A DNA stretch of 64,000 bases, taken from positions 2,542,001-2,606,000 of the forward strand of contig CM030338.1 in assembly GCA_017654855.1 (NCBI GenBank), read 5' to 3'. Below the pieces are notes generated by a model, which worked only from the letters and a program-made list of their open reading frames with translations, had not been told where the DNA came from and searched no databases. This stretch comes from Podospora anserina (Eukaryota). Each line of letters opens with the position of its first letter. Position 1 is the stretch's first letter. Below, in pieces: positions 51,123-63,621 of the stretch. Both the position numbers and the translations under genes were made by a program.

Positions 51123-51703
51123 ATCGAGTAGCTCTTGCCGGAGCTGGACTAATGTTCTGTCAAGGAGAACTGGTGAGATAGAGGAGCGATGTGGGCGTGG
51201 CAGGCCATTGGTTCAGGTTGCGATGATACTCCATATGTCAGCATTGGCTGTGGCTTTGCCAAGGAGTCGGCTTCTGATGGTGCTCAGCATGATAGCGATT
51301 GTGTCTTGCTGAAATGGGTTCACTTCAAGTCTGGCCGGATGAAAGGCAGTGCAAAAACAATGTCTTGATGAAGTAGTCGACGAGTGATGGTCAACAAGGT
51401 GTTTGATTGCTGAAAGGAAGCCCAGGATGGCTTGCCCAGAGGAACAGGAAAAGCACAGACCATATCAAATCGCTGCACCCACCAAAGATTCCTGGCAGGG
51501 TCAGCCACAACAGAGCTCCAGCATACGCCACACCTCACCTGCATGCTTGGACTTTTTCGAGGCCTTGGAAGTCGCATGCATCTCCAGTCCTAACCTCGAT
51601 CGACGTCCCCCAAATCCGGCCCATTTATTTGTTACCAACTGAATTCGAACCCTTCAAAACACAGAAACATCAATCCGCCAAAAAAAAAAAAAAACCTCTT
51701 ACA

Positions 51704-52016
51704 ATGGATTCCGAAGGTGTCAAGAAAGCCATCGTGCAGGCCACTCTCCAAGAGACCAACACAGCCAACGCCCGTGCTCTTATCGAGGTACCTCGCGCCT
51801 CTCTCACAATTGATCCCAGTCCCTAACATGTTTTGTTTTTTCCAGGGTATCACCGGCAGCTGTTTTGAGAAGTGCGTTCCCAAGCCCGGCACCTCCCTCT
51901 CCTCGAGCGAAAAGACCTGCATGTCCTACTGCGTCGAGAAGTACATTGCGTCCTGGAACGAGGTCAACGGCACCTACATCCGGAGGTTACGGCAAGGGGC
52001 TGAGGGAAACCACTAA
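51704..52016 (+). CDS. TIM13: Mitochondrial small Tim chaperone Tim13; exons 51704-51787 and 51846-52016
   Basis: ANARALIE|GITGSCFEKCVPKPGTSLSSSEKTCMSYCVEKYIASWN carries the twin CX3C motif in a Tim13-type context. Confidence 0.92.
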
Positions 52017-52188
52017 ATCATTGGCTTGGGACATGTAATGATACTATGTTGTACGATATTGGCATAGAGCAACGGGCAGGGATGGGCAGAGTTGTATATG
52101 AATACAGATACCCAAATGGCTGAGGTGCAACAGATGAATCTTATTTTTGCGGTCCGTCGTCCTCCACCCCAAAAGCCATGCAAGTATT

Positions 52189-53433
52189 TCATGGCTCTTT
52201 TTTCTTGGCTTCCTCCGCAGCTCTCTTTCTCGCAAGATACCTCTCCTTCGCGCTCGACACATCCGCCTCCGTCTTCCTGCTCTTTGTCGCAAGCTCAATC
52301 TTGGCCGTCTCCTCCGCCTCTTCCTGCCTCGACCGCTTGAGCGTCTCCTCAAGCTGCGCTTCCAGCATCCTCGTCTGCCTCTCCCGCATAGCTTGTTTCC
52401 CACCAGGTGCATAAACACCCCTACTTCCCTGGCTTGGGCCATTGCTCTTCGCCTTCTCCTGTTGCCTCGCCTTCTCCTGCTGTACCTCCGCCTTCTTCTT
52501 CGGCGCCACATTCAATCCCCCCTTCAGCAACTGCCTCTTATCCACCACCTCCCCATCATCATTAATCAACACATTCCCACCCTGCGCATTAATCTCCCTA
52601 GCCCTCTCAGTCGCGCTCTTTTCCTCCTCCTCTTTTGGCCCAGCTTCAGCTTCGCCATCTGGCTTCTTCGCCGCATTTTGCGCCGCCAAAACAATAGCCG
52701 CATGCTCCTGCTCCTTCTGCTCCAGCATCTTTTTATAAAAATCCGTCATCCCCTTCCCCTTATTCTTTTTGGCCTCTTCCTCCTCCCTCCTCTTCTCCTC
52801 CTCTTCCAACCGCCTATTCTCCTCCTGCTGCCGCTTATACGCCTCGGTGACGAACTTTTCTTTATCAGCAAACTCCTCCCCCTCTGCCTCCCGTTCTCGT
52901 TTTAGGCGCTTTTCCTCCGCTATTTGCCTATCCCTTTCTCTTTGCGAGGCAGCTTGTTGGAGAGCAGAGAAATACTTTGGTTTCTTCTCCGCGGCTGCCT
53001 CGTCTTCAGACTTGGGCTTTTTGGCAGCCTTGAAGGAGTCGTAGACGGCATCGTAGTCGTAGATGGAAGGGTCGGCGGACTCAGCTTCTTTGGCGTATTT
53101 TCGGGAGGCTAGAGCGCTGGAGAGGTCGGTGAATTCCCCTGTTGGTTGGAGGGTTTTGGATGATGGGATTTTGCTTGGGGGGGCGGAAGGGGGTTTGGAG
53201 AATTTTTTGTGTCTTTTTCGTGAGTCGGAGTCGTTGTGGTTATTTATTGATGAGGGGGTGTCGAAGCCGTCGATTTCGGTGATTGATACTGAGGTTTGGG
53301 GAGCTTCGTTGTCTTCGTCGTCGTCGTCGCCTAGGCCGCCGAAGGGGGCTGGCTTTTTGCGCGCGGGGAGGGAGGGTTTTTTAGAGGTGGGGCCGGATTT
53401 TTTGAGGCCGAAGGAGATAACTGGTTTGCTCAT
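52189..53433 (-). CDS. Nuclear speckle splicing regulatory protein 1-like (DUF2040/CCDC55) coiled-coil protein
   Basis: DPSIYDYDAVYD, KPKYF..L, EREAEGEEFADKEKFVTEAYK and C-terminal SAKERYLARK. Confidence 0.88.
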   Translation of the reverse strand: MSKPVISFGLKKSGPTSKKPSLPARKKPAPFGGLGDDDDEDNEAPQTSVSITEIDGFDTPSSINNHNDSDSRKRHKKFSKPPSAPPSKIPSSKTLQPTGEFTDLSSALASRKYAKEAESADPSIYDYDAVYDSFKAAKKPKSEDEAAAEKKPKYFSALQQAASQRERDRQIAEEKRLKREREAEGEEFADKEKFVTEAYKRQQEENRRLEEEEKRREEEEAKKNKGKGMTDFYKKMLEQKEQEHAAIVLAAQNAAKKPDGEAEAGPKEEEEKSATERAREINAQGGNVLINDDGEVVDKRQLLKGGLNVAPKKKAEVQQEKARQQEKAKSNGPSQGSRGVYAPGGKQAMRERQTRMLEAQLEETLKRSRQEEAEETAKIELATKSRKTEADVSSAKERYLARKRAAEEAKKKEP

Positions 53434-54595
53434 TGTGTCCTGTGGTGACGTGAAAAGGGACTGGAAGTGGAAGTTGGGTGGTGTTGTCGCATTGTCGCAA
53501 ACTGAGGACGCGCGAGAGATGTCAACCATCAATTAAAGTGGAACTTCACCAGCCACAACTGCTTATCGGCTGACGATAAGCTATCCCGGCAGGCAATGGG
53601 AGCCCTGACATCATCTTTCATAAGCCAAAACTCACTTCTCATTGAATCAAGAGAATTATTCGTTGTCTTCCTATATTCTTCGCCTGTATAGGAATGATAA
53701 CATGGTGAAGCCAAGTTTTGGGTGCCCATATCATATAAATCGAGCCGAGAGCATATTGATACATAGGTAATCAGACGTAAGACTTACCATATATTCAGCT
53801 AAAGATATCCGAGATTCATTTTCGTCCAAACTTTGTTCTCGGTGGTTGGCTCCTTCGTGGCGGCCTCATCTCCCTCCATCAAAGTCACCAGAGTAGACTT
53901 GGCGAACCGATATGCGGTAAATCAAAGCGAATCCAAATCATGGACTGCCAGGTTCAAACATTCAACAAGGCGTTGTTTAAACAGTGGAGGTTATAATTTA
54001 CGGATGGTGTGTAGACAGAAAAGGACGCCGTGTCATGACTCTTCATCAGAACTACTGGTAAGTTGACCTCGTACTCCCAACAACTTTGTTGTTGACCTTT
54101 ATTGAATGAATTGAACTCGTTCCACGTGCTCGATATGATTTTCCCGTCAATCAGAAAACACCCGATTGGGATCTTGACAGCCCGCCTTGGCCCTATACGG
54201 CCTTGAAGGTAACGGGAGCGGGAAGTAACGACAGCCTAATATATTCGGTGCTGCATTACAAGCGAAGACTTCGACTGCCGATGTACCCCACAAAGCATGC
54301 ACAGGGCACATATCCAATACCATGTCACTATTCTAAGTGCTTGTTATTAACGGAATGGTTGACTTGATGAGCAAATCTTGGAACGGGGTACATGGCTGGC
54401 TGACAAAAGGTCGGTACTTGATTTTTGCGAGGACGAGGTCTCGATCGACACTGTCAAAGTCGAGCTCGTTGTGTATTTAAATGGCAGAGGTTTCTGTGTC
54501 CTAGTCATATAGTCTCTTGCCTGGTCTGATCCATACTCAGGAGTATCGAGTGAGCCCAACGAGAGAGGAACGCCAGCGACCATACTTTACTCACC

Positions 54596-55598
54596 ATGCA
54601 CTGGACCAATGTTCTCACAGCGGCCATCGTGCCCTTGACAGGCGTACGGGCAGCCATGCTCCGATTCTCCTGCTCCCAGCTCGTCGTCGACCGTCTCGAC
54701 CCTCTCGTCAACCCCGGCCAAGTCCCGTCTCCCCATCTTCATCAAATCGTCGGTGGAAACTCATTCAACGTCACTATGGACCCCAATGTCAACGACATCT
54801 CCGAATCCTCAACCTGCACCTCCTGCCAGTTCACCGAAGACTTCTCCAACTACTGGACCGCCGTGCTCTTCTTCAAAGCCCGAAACGGCACCTATAAGCG
54901 TGTCAACACCATCGGCAACGGCCTGGGCTACTCGGCATCCAACGGAGGCCCAAACAGTCTACTACATCTCCAATGGCCCGGTCACAGCCTTCAAGCCCGG
55001 CTTCCGCATGGTAGTGGGCAACCCCGCCTTCCGCACCCAAGCCCAAGCCCGCACCAACCCAGCCCTGCAGTTCACCTGCCTCGCCTCCCCCATGACGCGC
55101 TCAGGATATCGATATGACTTCCCCACCGACACCTGCGCAGGAGGAATCATGGTCACCGTCCGCTTCCCTACCTGCTGGGACGGCAAAAACACCGACTCAC
55201 CCGACCACCAAAGCCACGTTGCCTACCCCGTCAACCGGAACTGCCCCTCTACCCACCCCATCAAGATCCCTGAGGTGTTTTATGAGACATACTGGGACAC
55301 CCGGCCGTTCAACAACAAGGCGCTCTGGCCAGCGGATGGGTCGCAGCCGTTTGTGTGGTCGTTTGGTGACAAGACTGGGTATGGCAACCACGGGGATTAC
55401 ATCTTTGGGTGGAAGGGGGATGCGCTGCAGCGGGCGATGGATGCGAACTGCAATAGTGATTTGATTCAGGACAGGCTGAACTGTCCGACGCTGAAGAGCC
55501 AGAGTATTGTCAATGCGAACAAGTGCTCGATTCAGAGGAAGGTGAAGGAGGATTTGGATGGATGGTTGGAGGAGTTGCCCGGGGGTGGGATGGAGTAG
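54596..55598 (+). CDS. Secreted DUF1996 protein with a single +1 frameshift at about 54949-54951
   Basis: Signal peptide then MLRFSCSQLVVDRLDPLVNPG..HLHQIVGGNSF and EDFSNYWTAVLFF in the first frame. TVYY, AFKPGFRMVVG, FPTCWDGKN and HGDYIFGWKGDALQRAMD are in a second frame. Confidence 0.88.
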
Positions 55599-56327
55599 AT
55601 AGTAGACAGTAGATCAAGAAAGAATGAAGTTGAGGCTGAAGGTCCAAGTCCTAGTCCACGTGGGATGGGTTGAGCCGAGCACCTTGAAGGTCACCCTCCC
55701 CCTACCCCCTGAATTGCATGTGGCCACACTTTTGACGACCATGTCATGCAGTCAACTTCCCCGATGGCCACAAGACGGCGGAAATGAGCAGAGATGACGC
55801 AGTCAGCAGTTAGCCGAAGGCAATGCTTTGTACTTTGTCTTTTTCACCTGTGATTTGTATCTCGGGATAAGCCATCCTGCAGGTTGCAGCATGATCCTTT
55901 CTCTCTATCTGAAAAAGCCCAGTTCACAGCTGAAAGCTGCAAGTGGAGCGGGGTCTTAGTGAAACGTAATGACCACATTGGCACACCCCACGGGGGAGCT
56001 TGCCAATGGCGGGGTTGTGCTTGGGAGCTGCCTCACTGTTGCTCCAAGGAGGCAGCTCGCTATTAATTTTGTGAGATATTTTAAGAGGTCAACACAGCTG
56101 TTGTTGGAGGCCTTATCGAGACCCGATTCTTGGCCTTTTGCTCTGCCTCTTGGCGGCTTCTCACTCACTTCAACTGCTCTGTTTCTTGGGTACCTCACTG
56201 AAAAAACATTTGCAAAACTTGTCTCTTGGGAACGAACCTAACCTGCTTGCTTTTCACCCCCTTTTACTTACTTACACACTTGCTTTCTATCGGCTGTTTG
56301 CTTGAGCTCTTTACAGAGTGACACAAT

Positions 56328-58445
56328 ATGGCGGCAGCATACGAACATCTTCCCGATGGTGCACACCAAGCCGGTGGTGGTGTCTCTGGCCGCGTGCACC
56401 GAGTGAGAGATCTCAAGCCTCATGTCCTTGATCATCTCAGAAAGGTCTACAGTGCCCACGGCAAGGACAGCTGGACCCCCGAACAGACGGCTGTTTTCCT
56501 GAAGACGGTTCAACACGATACACCCTCGGAACTTGCCCTGGAACTGGCTGACGATAAGGACTGGGAGTTGGGCACTTTTCTCAAGTACATGACTTCAGAA
56601 GTGACCAGTGCCGTTGCACCCCCTGAGGAAGTCGACCTTTCTTGGCCCCTATCTGCCTACTTCATCAGCTCCAGCCACAACACCTACTTGACCGGAAACC
56701 AGCTGTCGAGTGACTCCAGCGCCGATGCCTACAGGAACGTTTTGAAGAGAGGTTGCAGATGCATCGAGGTGGATGTCTGGGATGGAGATGAGCCGGATTC
56801 CGACAGCGATACCAGCATCAGTAGCAGTGACGAGGAAGGGGTCACGTCCAAGTCCAAGAAGAGACTGAGCTCGGTCAAGGACAAGCTTCCTAGCTCCCTG
56901 ACGAGCAAGTTGGAAAAGACGTCTTTGGGTAAGAAATTGGACAAACATATCAGCACTGCTTCCACCATCACCACCCCCCGATCCAGCACCATCACCAAAC
57001 CTGCCAGCAAATCGCCCACTCCCACATCACCTCCCTCTGCGAAGGACAAAAACAAGGAAAAGAAGACCGCAAACTCATCATCAAAAATAGGTTCCAGCAC
57101 AGACTCAGGCGCGCCCCTGACCAGGTCAACCTCGACCTCTTCCGGCCCAGCAGGCCCAACCATCCACCGCGCCCTCTCCCTCAAGGAACCTCGTGTTTAC
57201 CACGGCTACACCCTCACCAAAGAAGTCTCCTTCCGCGAAGTCTGCCTCGCAATCCGCGAAACAGCCTTCGAAACAACCGACTCCCCCCTCATCGTCTCCC
57301 TCGAGGTCCACTGCAGCCCCGAACAGCAACTCACCATGGTAGCCATCATGACCGAAACCTGGGGCGACCTCCTCCTCCCCGAACCAAAAGAAGACGCCAC
57401 ATACCTCCCCGCCCCCGGCGACTTGAAGGGTAAAATCCTCGTCAAGGTCAAATACACCCCTCCCCCATCCGCCTCCTCCACCTCCCCCTCCGGCAGCGAC
57501 ACCCCCCCCGAAAACATCGACCTCTCCACCACCAAACCAAAAAAACCCTCCAAGATCATCCACGCCCTCTCAAAACTGGGCATCTACACCCGCGGCGTCT
57601 CCTTCAAATCTCTAACCCAACCGGAAGCCTCAATGCCGACCCACATCTTCTCCCTCTCCGAGTCCGGCGTCTCCGAAGTCCACGCCAAATCAGCCCAGGA
57701 CCTGTTTGAGCACAACCGCCGCTACCTCATGCGGGCTTACCCATCAGGGTTAAGGATCCGATCGTCAAACCTCGACCCAGCAGTCTTTTGGCGCAAAGGG
57801 ATCCAAGTCGTCGCACTAAACTGGCAAAACTGGGACGAAGGCATGATGCTAAACGAGGGGATGTTTGCAGGCACAAACGGCTATGTTCTCAAGCCAGAAG
57901 GCTACCGCCCCCACAAACCCCTCCCCCCAACCCCTCCCTCCGCCGGTACCGCCCCCCAAGCAAACGCGGTGACGCACTACACAATGGACCTCGCCATCGC
58001 CGTCCTCGCGGCGCAGGACATACCCCTCCCCCTGGGCGACACCAAACCCTCGGGCTTCCGCCCTTACCTCAAGGTCGAGATCCACGTCGAGGAGCCCGGC
58101 GAGCGGCACGGCACAACCGCCGCCGCTTCTTCCTCGATCCCCGACGACGGCAAGGAAAAGGAGGGCGAGTACAAGGCAAAGACCAAGTCCCTCAAGGGCA
58201 CCGTCGACCCTGACTGGAAAGGGCAAGAACTGGTCTTCAAGGGCATCCCCGGCGTGGTGCCAGAGCTGAGCTTTGTCAGGTTCTTGGTGAGGGATGACGA
58301 AATTGGAAAGGACAGCTTGGCCGCGTGGGCGTGCGTGAGGTTGGATAGGTTGAGGGAGGGGTATAGGTTTGTGCATCTGATGGATGGGAGGGGGGTCGAG
58401 ACGGAGGGGGTGGTTTTGGTCAAGGTGGAGAGGAGGCTGTACTAG
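56328..58445 (+). CDS. Phosphoinositide-specific phospholipase C (X, Y and C2 domains)
   Basis: YFISSSHNTYLTGNQL, GCRCIEVDVWDG, VYHGYTLT, PLIVSLEVHCS, LMRAYPSGLRIRSSN, QVVALNWQ and C2-type ELSFVRFLV..LREGYRFVHL. Confidence 0.95.
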   Translation: MAAAYEHLPDGAHQAGGGVSGRVHRVRDLKPHVLDHLRKVYSAHGKDSWTPEQTAVFLKTVQHDTPSELALELADDKDWELGTFLKYMTSEVTSAVAPPEEVDLSWPLSAYFISSSHNTYLTGNQLSSDSSADAYRNVLKRGCRCIEVDVWDGDEPDSDSDTSISSSDEEGVTSKSKKRLSSVKDKLPSSLTSKLEKTSLGKKLDKHISTASTITTPRSSTITKPASKSPTPTSPPSAKDKNKEKKTANSSSKIGSSTDSGAPLTRSTSTSSGPAGPTIHRALSLKEPRVYHGYTLTKEVSFREVCLAIRETAFETTDSPLIVSLEVHCSPEQQLTMVAIMTETWGDLLLPEPKEDATYLPAPGDLKGKILVKVKYTPPPSASSTSPSGSDTPPENIDLSTTKPKKPSKIIHALSKLGIYTRGVSFKSLTQPEASMPTHIFSLSESGVSEVHAKSAQDLFEHNRRYLMRAYPSGLRIRSSNLDPAVFWRKGIQVVALNWQNWDEGMMLNEGMFAGTNGYVLKPEGYRPHKPLPPTPPSAGTAPQANAVTHYTMDLAIAVLAAQDIPLPLGDTKPSGFRPYLKVEIHVEEPGERHGTTAAASSSIPDDGKEKEGEYKAKTKSLKGTVDPDWKGQELVFKGIPGVVPELSFVRFLVRDDEIGKDSLAAWACVRLDRLREGYRFVHLMDGRGVETEGVVLVKVERRLY

Positions 58446-58761
58446 GTAGGTAGGGTAGCAGGGTGGTGATGATGTGAATGTGCCTTTCTTTTGGAAATAG
58501 CCATGCTATGTAACTTGGCTATCAAGATGTCGTTTTCTCGCTGGGGTTCTTGATGGTGGTTCTTGTGGTGTAACGGGAGGCTCAGCTCCAGTGGTGTGAA
58601 CTCCACCATTCCACGTCATCGTAGCAAGCAGAAAAACGAAATCATGTTCAGGTCATAACAAGTGCAAGCTAATCCTGCACTTCTTGCCAGAAGCATACAA
58701 GTAACTTTTCGCTAGTGTCTTCTTTTCCCAATCGCTCGTTGATATGATACCAAACCTCGCA

Positions 58762-59845
58762 TCATGCACATTTGATTCCAGCCATGAACCCAGCCTCTCT
58801 GAGATGCCATTGAAGGTCAAAAGCCTGCTGGACCCTTAGGACTTGTTCTCTCGGTACAGGCAGGCAATAGACATCCCCCGTCTTATATAGAGGCCGCAAC
58901 CCCTCAAACCCATCGTCCTCAAAACCATCCTCTTGATCAGGATATATAGGCTTCGACATCACCTCGAACCCATCCTTAGACCTAGACGTGTCTTCCTCGT
59001 AATGCTCCAGATTCATCATTTCCAGAATGTCTTCGTCAGCCAGGTTAATGACGGCGTCACTGGGCATAGAGCTGCCCTCCGGTAACCAGTGAAGCCGAAG
59101 CTTGACGAAAACGATGGCGGGATTCCGTGGACAGCGGGCAGTCTCACCAAGACACTCCAGCGCGAAACGATGGGTTTTCCACAGCGTCTGCATGTCTCGG
59201 GGCAGATCAAACAGGTTCCAGTCTTCGTGCAGGTGGAAGAACTCCCAATTCATCGTACTGGTGTTGAAATTGAGTTGTGCGTATTCTCTCAAAAGGCTAT
59301 ACCTGCCCGCAAACTGAGCGGGGAAAGCAGCCATTTGGAGGAGGTTAAGGAGCCCGGCCTGGAATTTTGGTGGTTGGTCATTGACGAAGTAGCTTGGCGG
59401 AATGATGTGTGTTCTCAGTAGATCGCTAGGGGACTCCGGAGTCGGGGGGAGCGCAGGATCGCCATGTGTGGCTTCTAGGTCTGTCTCTCAATCAGTTATT
59501 GGCCTATAGTGAGGGGACAAAAAACATACACTTCCTCACCGCAAGAGCGTAAAATTCAAGATATTGCACCACCTGGCTGAACTCGGATTCCTTGCTCACC
59601 ATGTTTGGGCAAGCTCTGATTCTATCCACATATTGGTGCAGGACACCGAGGTCTGTGTGTATCTAGCAAGCAAACCGCTCTCGGGTGAAAGACCAGTCCC
59701 GGAACTTGATGCTTTTTCGCAACTGGTCTTGAAAGAATCTGGCGGCTCGGATCTTGTCCCGGCGGAGAGCCCGGCAAGTTACCTTGTAACCATAAGGCAT
59801 GGGCCCAGAACTTTCCTCATCCCGGTTGTCAAAAAGAGATGGCAT
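58762..59845 (-). CDS. Hypothetical protein, 344 aa if read through; exons 59845-59530 and 59480-58762; in-frame TAG at codon 61 (59665-59663)
   Basis: The frame stays open after the TAG. A 49-nt GTATGT..CTGAT..CAG intron joins it in the correct phase (T|AC) to the frame of the 58762-59334 ORF. Confidence 0.65.
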
Positions 59846-61238
59846 GATTGTTGGACAGAACGATGTGGGCTGGTGATGGATGTTGGTTGATGGATGTTGG
59901 TTGATGAAAGTTGGTTGTACGAAGAAGAGGAGGGAAACGCAAAATATAGGGAAGACAAGATGAGCAGCCCACGCCGTGTGGCCCCTCCGGCGACGCCTGC
60001 CCAGCACCTTTCCCGGGTATCAGCTCGCCCGAGAGCAAGAAGGACATGGACCAGTTGGACCTGGACCTCCGGCTGTGTACTTGCCTTACTTGAGAACCAA
60101 GCTCCGGTCTCGTTCCTCCGGTCAGGTGATGGTTCGTTTCTCACTGAAACGTCATATCCTCGTGAACATCCACGCCGGGGACAGGATGACTAGCCGCACA
60201 AAAGGCACCCAACCATACTTTCTCCAAGGCGGGCCCTCCATCCATCATGTAGGTAGCAGCTCCTCGCCTTCCATATCTCTTCGTGCGCACTTGTCTGAAC
60301 ATAGACAGGCATGGAAGGGACCAACCAATCTACCCACGGCAACTCTGGTCCCCTCCCCTTCCAGTCCAGCCGGCGATGACGCGAGCAACGGGAGCAACAT
60401 CCACTCCGACACCGACTACCTTTGTGGGACCTTCCACCTCGGAGCCGTGCATCGCGTGACTACCTCACCCTCACTCCCCAGCAAAAAGCAAGACCTCGCC
60501 TCCTCACGACTACCACACGCGCCAGCAACTTCCCCAGCGAAGAATTCTTCCGCCCATGCCCGACGGCCGGCTGGATTACCCGCGGGAATGTGTAGGGACT
60601 GCTTTCCGATTGTCGTCTGGCGGATGGCGTCGTCAGGGTAGGTTTACTTCCTCGTTGCGCGAGCAGAAAGCACACAGGTAAGTGGCAGAGGGACGGGACG
60701 GAGGAGCCGGCAAGCGGTGAGCGACTTCTACTTCCCTCGAGTCAAGGTCATCATCAGTAGCGGGTCTGGTGGAACGGGAACGTCATCCCTTGGTGTTGTT
60801 TGGAAGGTGTGGATGGAGAGGAGAGGAGAGGAGAGGAAAGGAGGAATTTGTGGTTCATTGTCAGGGGAGTTCGTAGGAATCGGTGGGCTTTTGTGCGTCT
60901 GGCATCTCGTGATCACGAGGGTCCTTGTGAGGAGGTTGTGCGAGGAGGTTGTGTAAGTTTGGAGTATATTGATCGGTTAGGTCTGGTACACAATACGCCG
61001 GGATGTTGAAAGTCTTAGCTGTAGCCTGGGTGTGAATGTTTCTGGCTCATCACGGTAGCAAGCAACCAGCCTCACGACAAAACGCAGCAAACAGAACATC
61101 GCCATCAACTACCATTCAAATCATCATCATCATCATCAAATAGCACTTCCCTACCGCTCCTCTCATCAAACTATAAAAAAAATCCCATGTTAATACCTCC
61201 CCGATTTTTAAGCCTAAAAACTCCTTGTCCTATATCCC

Positions 61239-63621
61239 CTAATACTGCCAAAGCACCTTATGATAAACACACCTACTCCCCAGCACCTTATACTCTCCCC
61301 CCGTAATCCAACTATCATTCGTCGCCAGCTTGGCAAACACGCTCGCCCCCTTCCAAACAACAACCTGCTCGTCCATCTCCCTCGCGCTCCTGCTCACCAA
61401 AATCTTGTCCTGCAGATCCGGCCTCCTCGCCCTCAACCTCTCCTCCAAGAACGGGGCAAAATGCGGAATCTTGGCACCCCCGCCGACAACCATGATGCTC
61501 CCTAGCAACTCTCTCACCTTTTTCTCGTCCCCCTTGGCCGCGTTTTGGATTGATGTCATGATTGCGATGTCGAGGGGGGCGACGGGGAGGACAGAGTCCC
61601 GCTCTGTGGCGAGATCTTTGGCTGTTCGCTGGAGGGGTTGGTTTGAGGTTGGGTTGTTGTCGAAGGAGGTTGTTGGTAAGAGGAAGGAGCCGTTTGGTGC
61701 GGGGGTGCCGCCGTTGCGGGCGGAGGGGGCGGGGGAGCCGTTGAGATCACGGGAGGATGCGCCGAACATGTAAGGGGCGGGGACGGGGGTTGAGACACCA
61801 GCGTCCGGGGCTGGGGAGGGGGCTTTGGATGTGCCTGGGGTCGCGCTGGCATTGTGGTTGTGGCCGAGGAAGTTGAACGGGTTGGACCTTTCCTTACTTG
61901 GGGTTGCCATACCCATCTCGCCAGGGGCGCCGGTGAAGGAAGATGCCGGGATAGTGGTTTGGGTGACGGAGGGTTGGATATGTGCCAGGATGGCGAGCTG
62001 GGCGGCAGAGGTAGGGTCGTCAGGCATGTCAACATCATAAGCGTTGTAGGACCGGTCGATCAGATGTCGCCTCTTGTCCAGTTTGTGGCTGTTGTCGAAT
62101 ATCGATGGATCGTAGAAACCCATAGGGGCGAGAATAACCTCATCGTAGCACTTGAACATGTACTTCCGCGTCGGCTGGTTCGGAGCGCGTAGGTGGAAGT
62201 CGTAGTTTTGGACCGAGATGTTGGCTTGCGACAAAGTGCAATACTTGATCTTGAGTTCCTCGGCCAGCAGGAAATCATATCTCCTACGGAGGTTGATCTC
62301 TTGATATGGGAAATTATCATAGAGCATCATCTTGATGAAAGTCTCTGTGACATCCCAGCCGCCAAACTTGAGGTTGATGCGCGAGTCTTCGATACAGAGA
62401 CCGTCTTCCACGCAAGCGATGGAGGTCTTTTGCGCACCGCAGTCCACCACACAGGCCTGAGTGTAACCGGCACCGAAGGTCGCGGCCATGCTCTCCTGAA
62501 TGAACGCAACCCTGCTAAACTCGAACCATTCGATGCAAAGATGTAGAAGTTGTTCGACATACTTCTTGTCGTAAAGATCTGGGATAATGATGACACAGCT
62601 GTACTGCTTCCACTCTGTGCTCTTCTTCAGTCCCAGTTCCCACCGAAAGGCTCGGTCTAGTAATGTCTCAAGGTCGTTGAAAAGATGCGCCTGAGTAGGG
62701 TACTCGTTCTCGTTCAACCAGCCATTCTGAATCGGCCTCCACAGCTTGAACTTGGGATTTGAATCGTCTGGCACGCGCTGGGCTTGGTGGCCAATGAATA
62801 CTGCAGATTCTGAACCACCATCCTCCAGCGTGCTGACATCGGTCCATTCGACTTGGAGTGGGTCATTGTGCTGCGAGATGATCTCTGGTTCTGTTCTTCT
62901 GTTAAAGTTGACAACAAGGTCCTTGGAATTAGGCAGCACCTTCCGCTTGTTTTGGCGCATGTCCACCTTCAGGTCGTTGCACGCCTTCTGGTACTTCTTT
63001 GACCATTCCTCGCCGTGCTGTTGATCCATGCCCCGCTCCTCAAACTTGCGTCGCGGTAGCGCCTCGTACATCTCAGACTCGGTTTGCGGGTACTTGGTCG
63101 CAAGTACCATGGGAATGGTCTTGGGGAGGGCATCGCTCGCAAAGCCGAGTCGCAAGTTTTGACTTCCCGGGTGTATCACGATAATCTTTGACGGGTCCAT
63201 ATAAGACGACGAAGGACCACCATCCTCGCCCTGGAGGTCGTCGACGGGAAGCGTAACGTCGCCATTGGTGTTGTTGAGTGCGCGATCGCGGTCTTTGGCG
63301 TTTTGTACCAGTCGGTCTCGGTTCGCCTCTGCTTGAAGCCTCAGCGACAAGATCTGGTCATCGCGCTTCATGTAGTCCCTGCCCAGCCCATGTCAACAAC
63401 TTGATGCGCCCGGTTGTCCAGCACACTGGCTATTCCTTACGTGTAGTAATTCTTCTGATTAATTGGTGGCACGTCGGGCCAGCTCGTTTGCTTCATGCCA
63501 TTGTCGGTGCGCTCGAGTCCTGGTGATGGTGGTGAGCAATTGGCGGTTCTGCCCGTCTTTCATGTATCGACCGGTGCTTACCCTCCCTGGCGAGGACACG
63601 CTCGCTGACTTTGCCGACCAT
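61239..63621 (-). CDS. ARP8: Actin-related protein 8 (INO80 complex); exons ~63621-63582, 63519-63441, 63378-61239
   Basis: N-terminal INQKNYYT|DYMKRDDQ, IIVIHPGSQNLRLG, QACVVDCGAQKTSIACVEDG and VVWKGASVF. Confidence 0.95.

Noticed and set aside
59976-60641. 221-aa plus-strand ORF
   Set aside because: GTG start, Pro/Ser-rich and no motif. Likely part of the upstream or UTR region of the 59845 gene.
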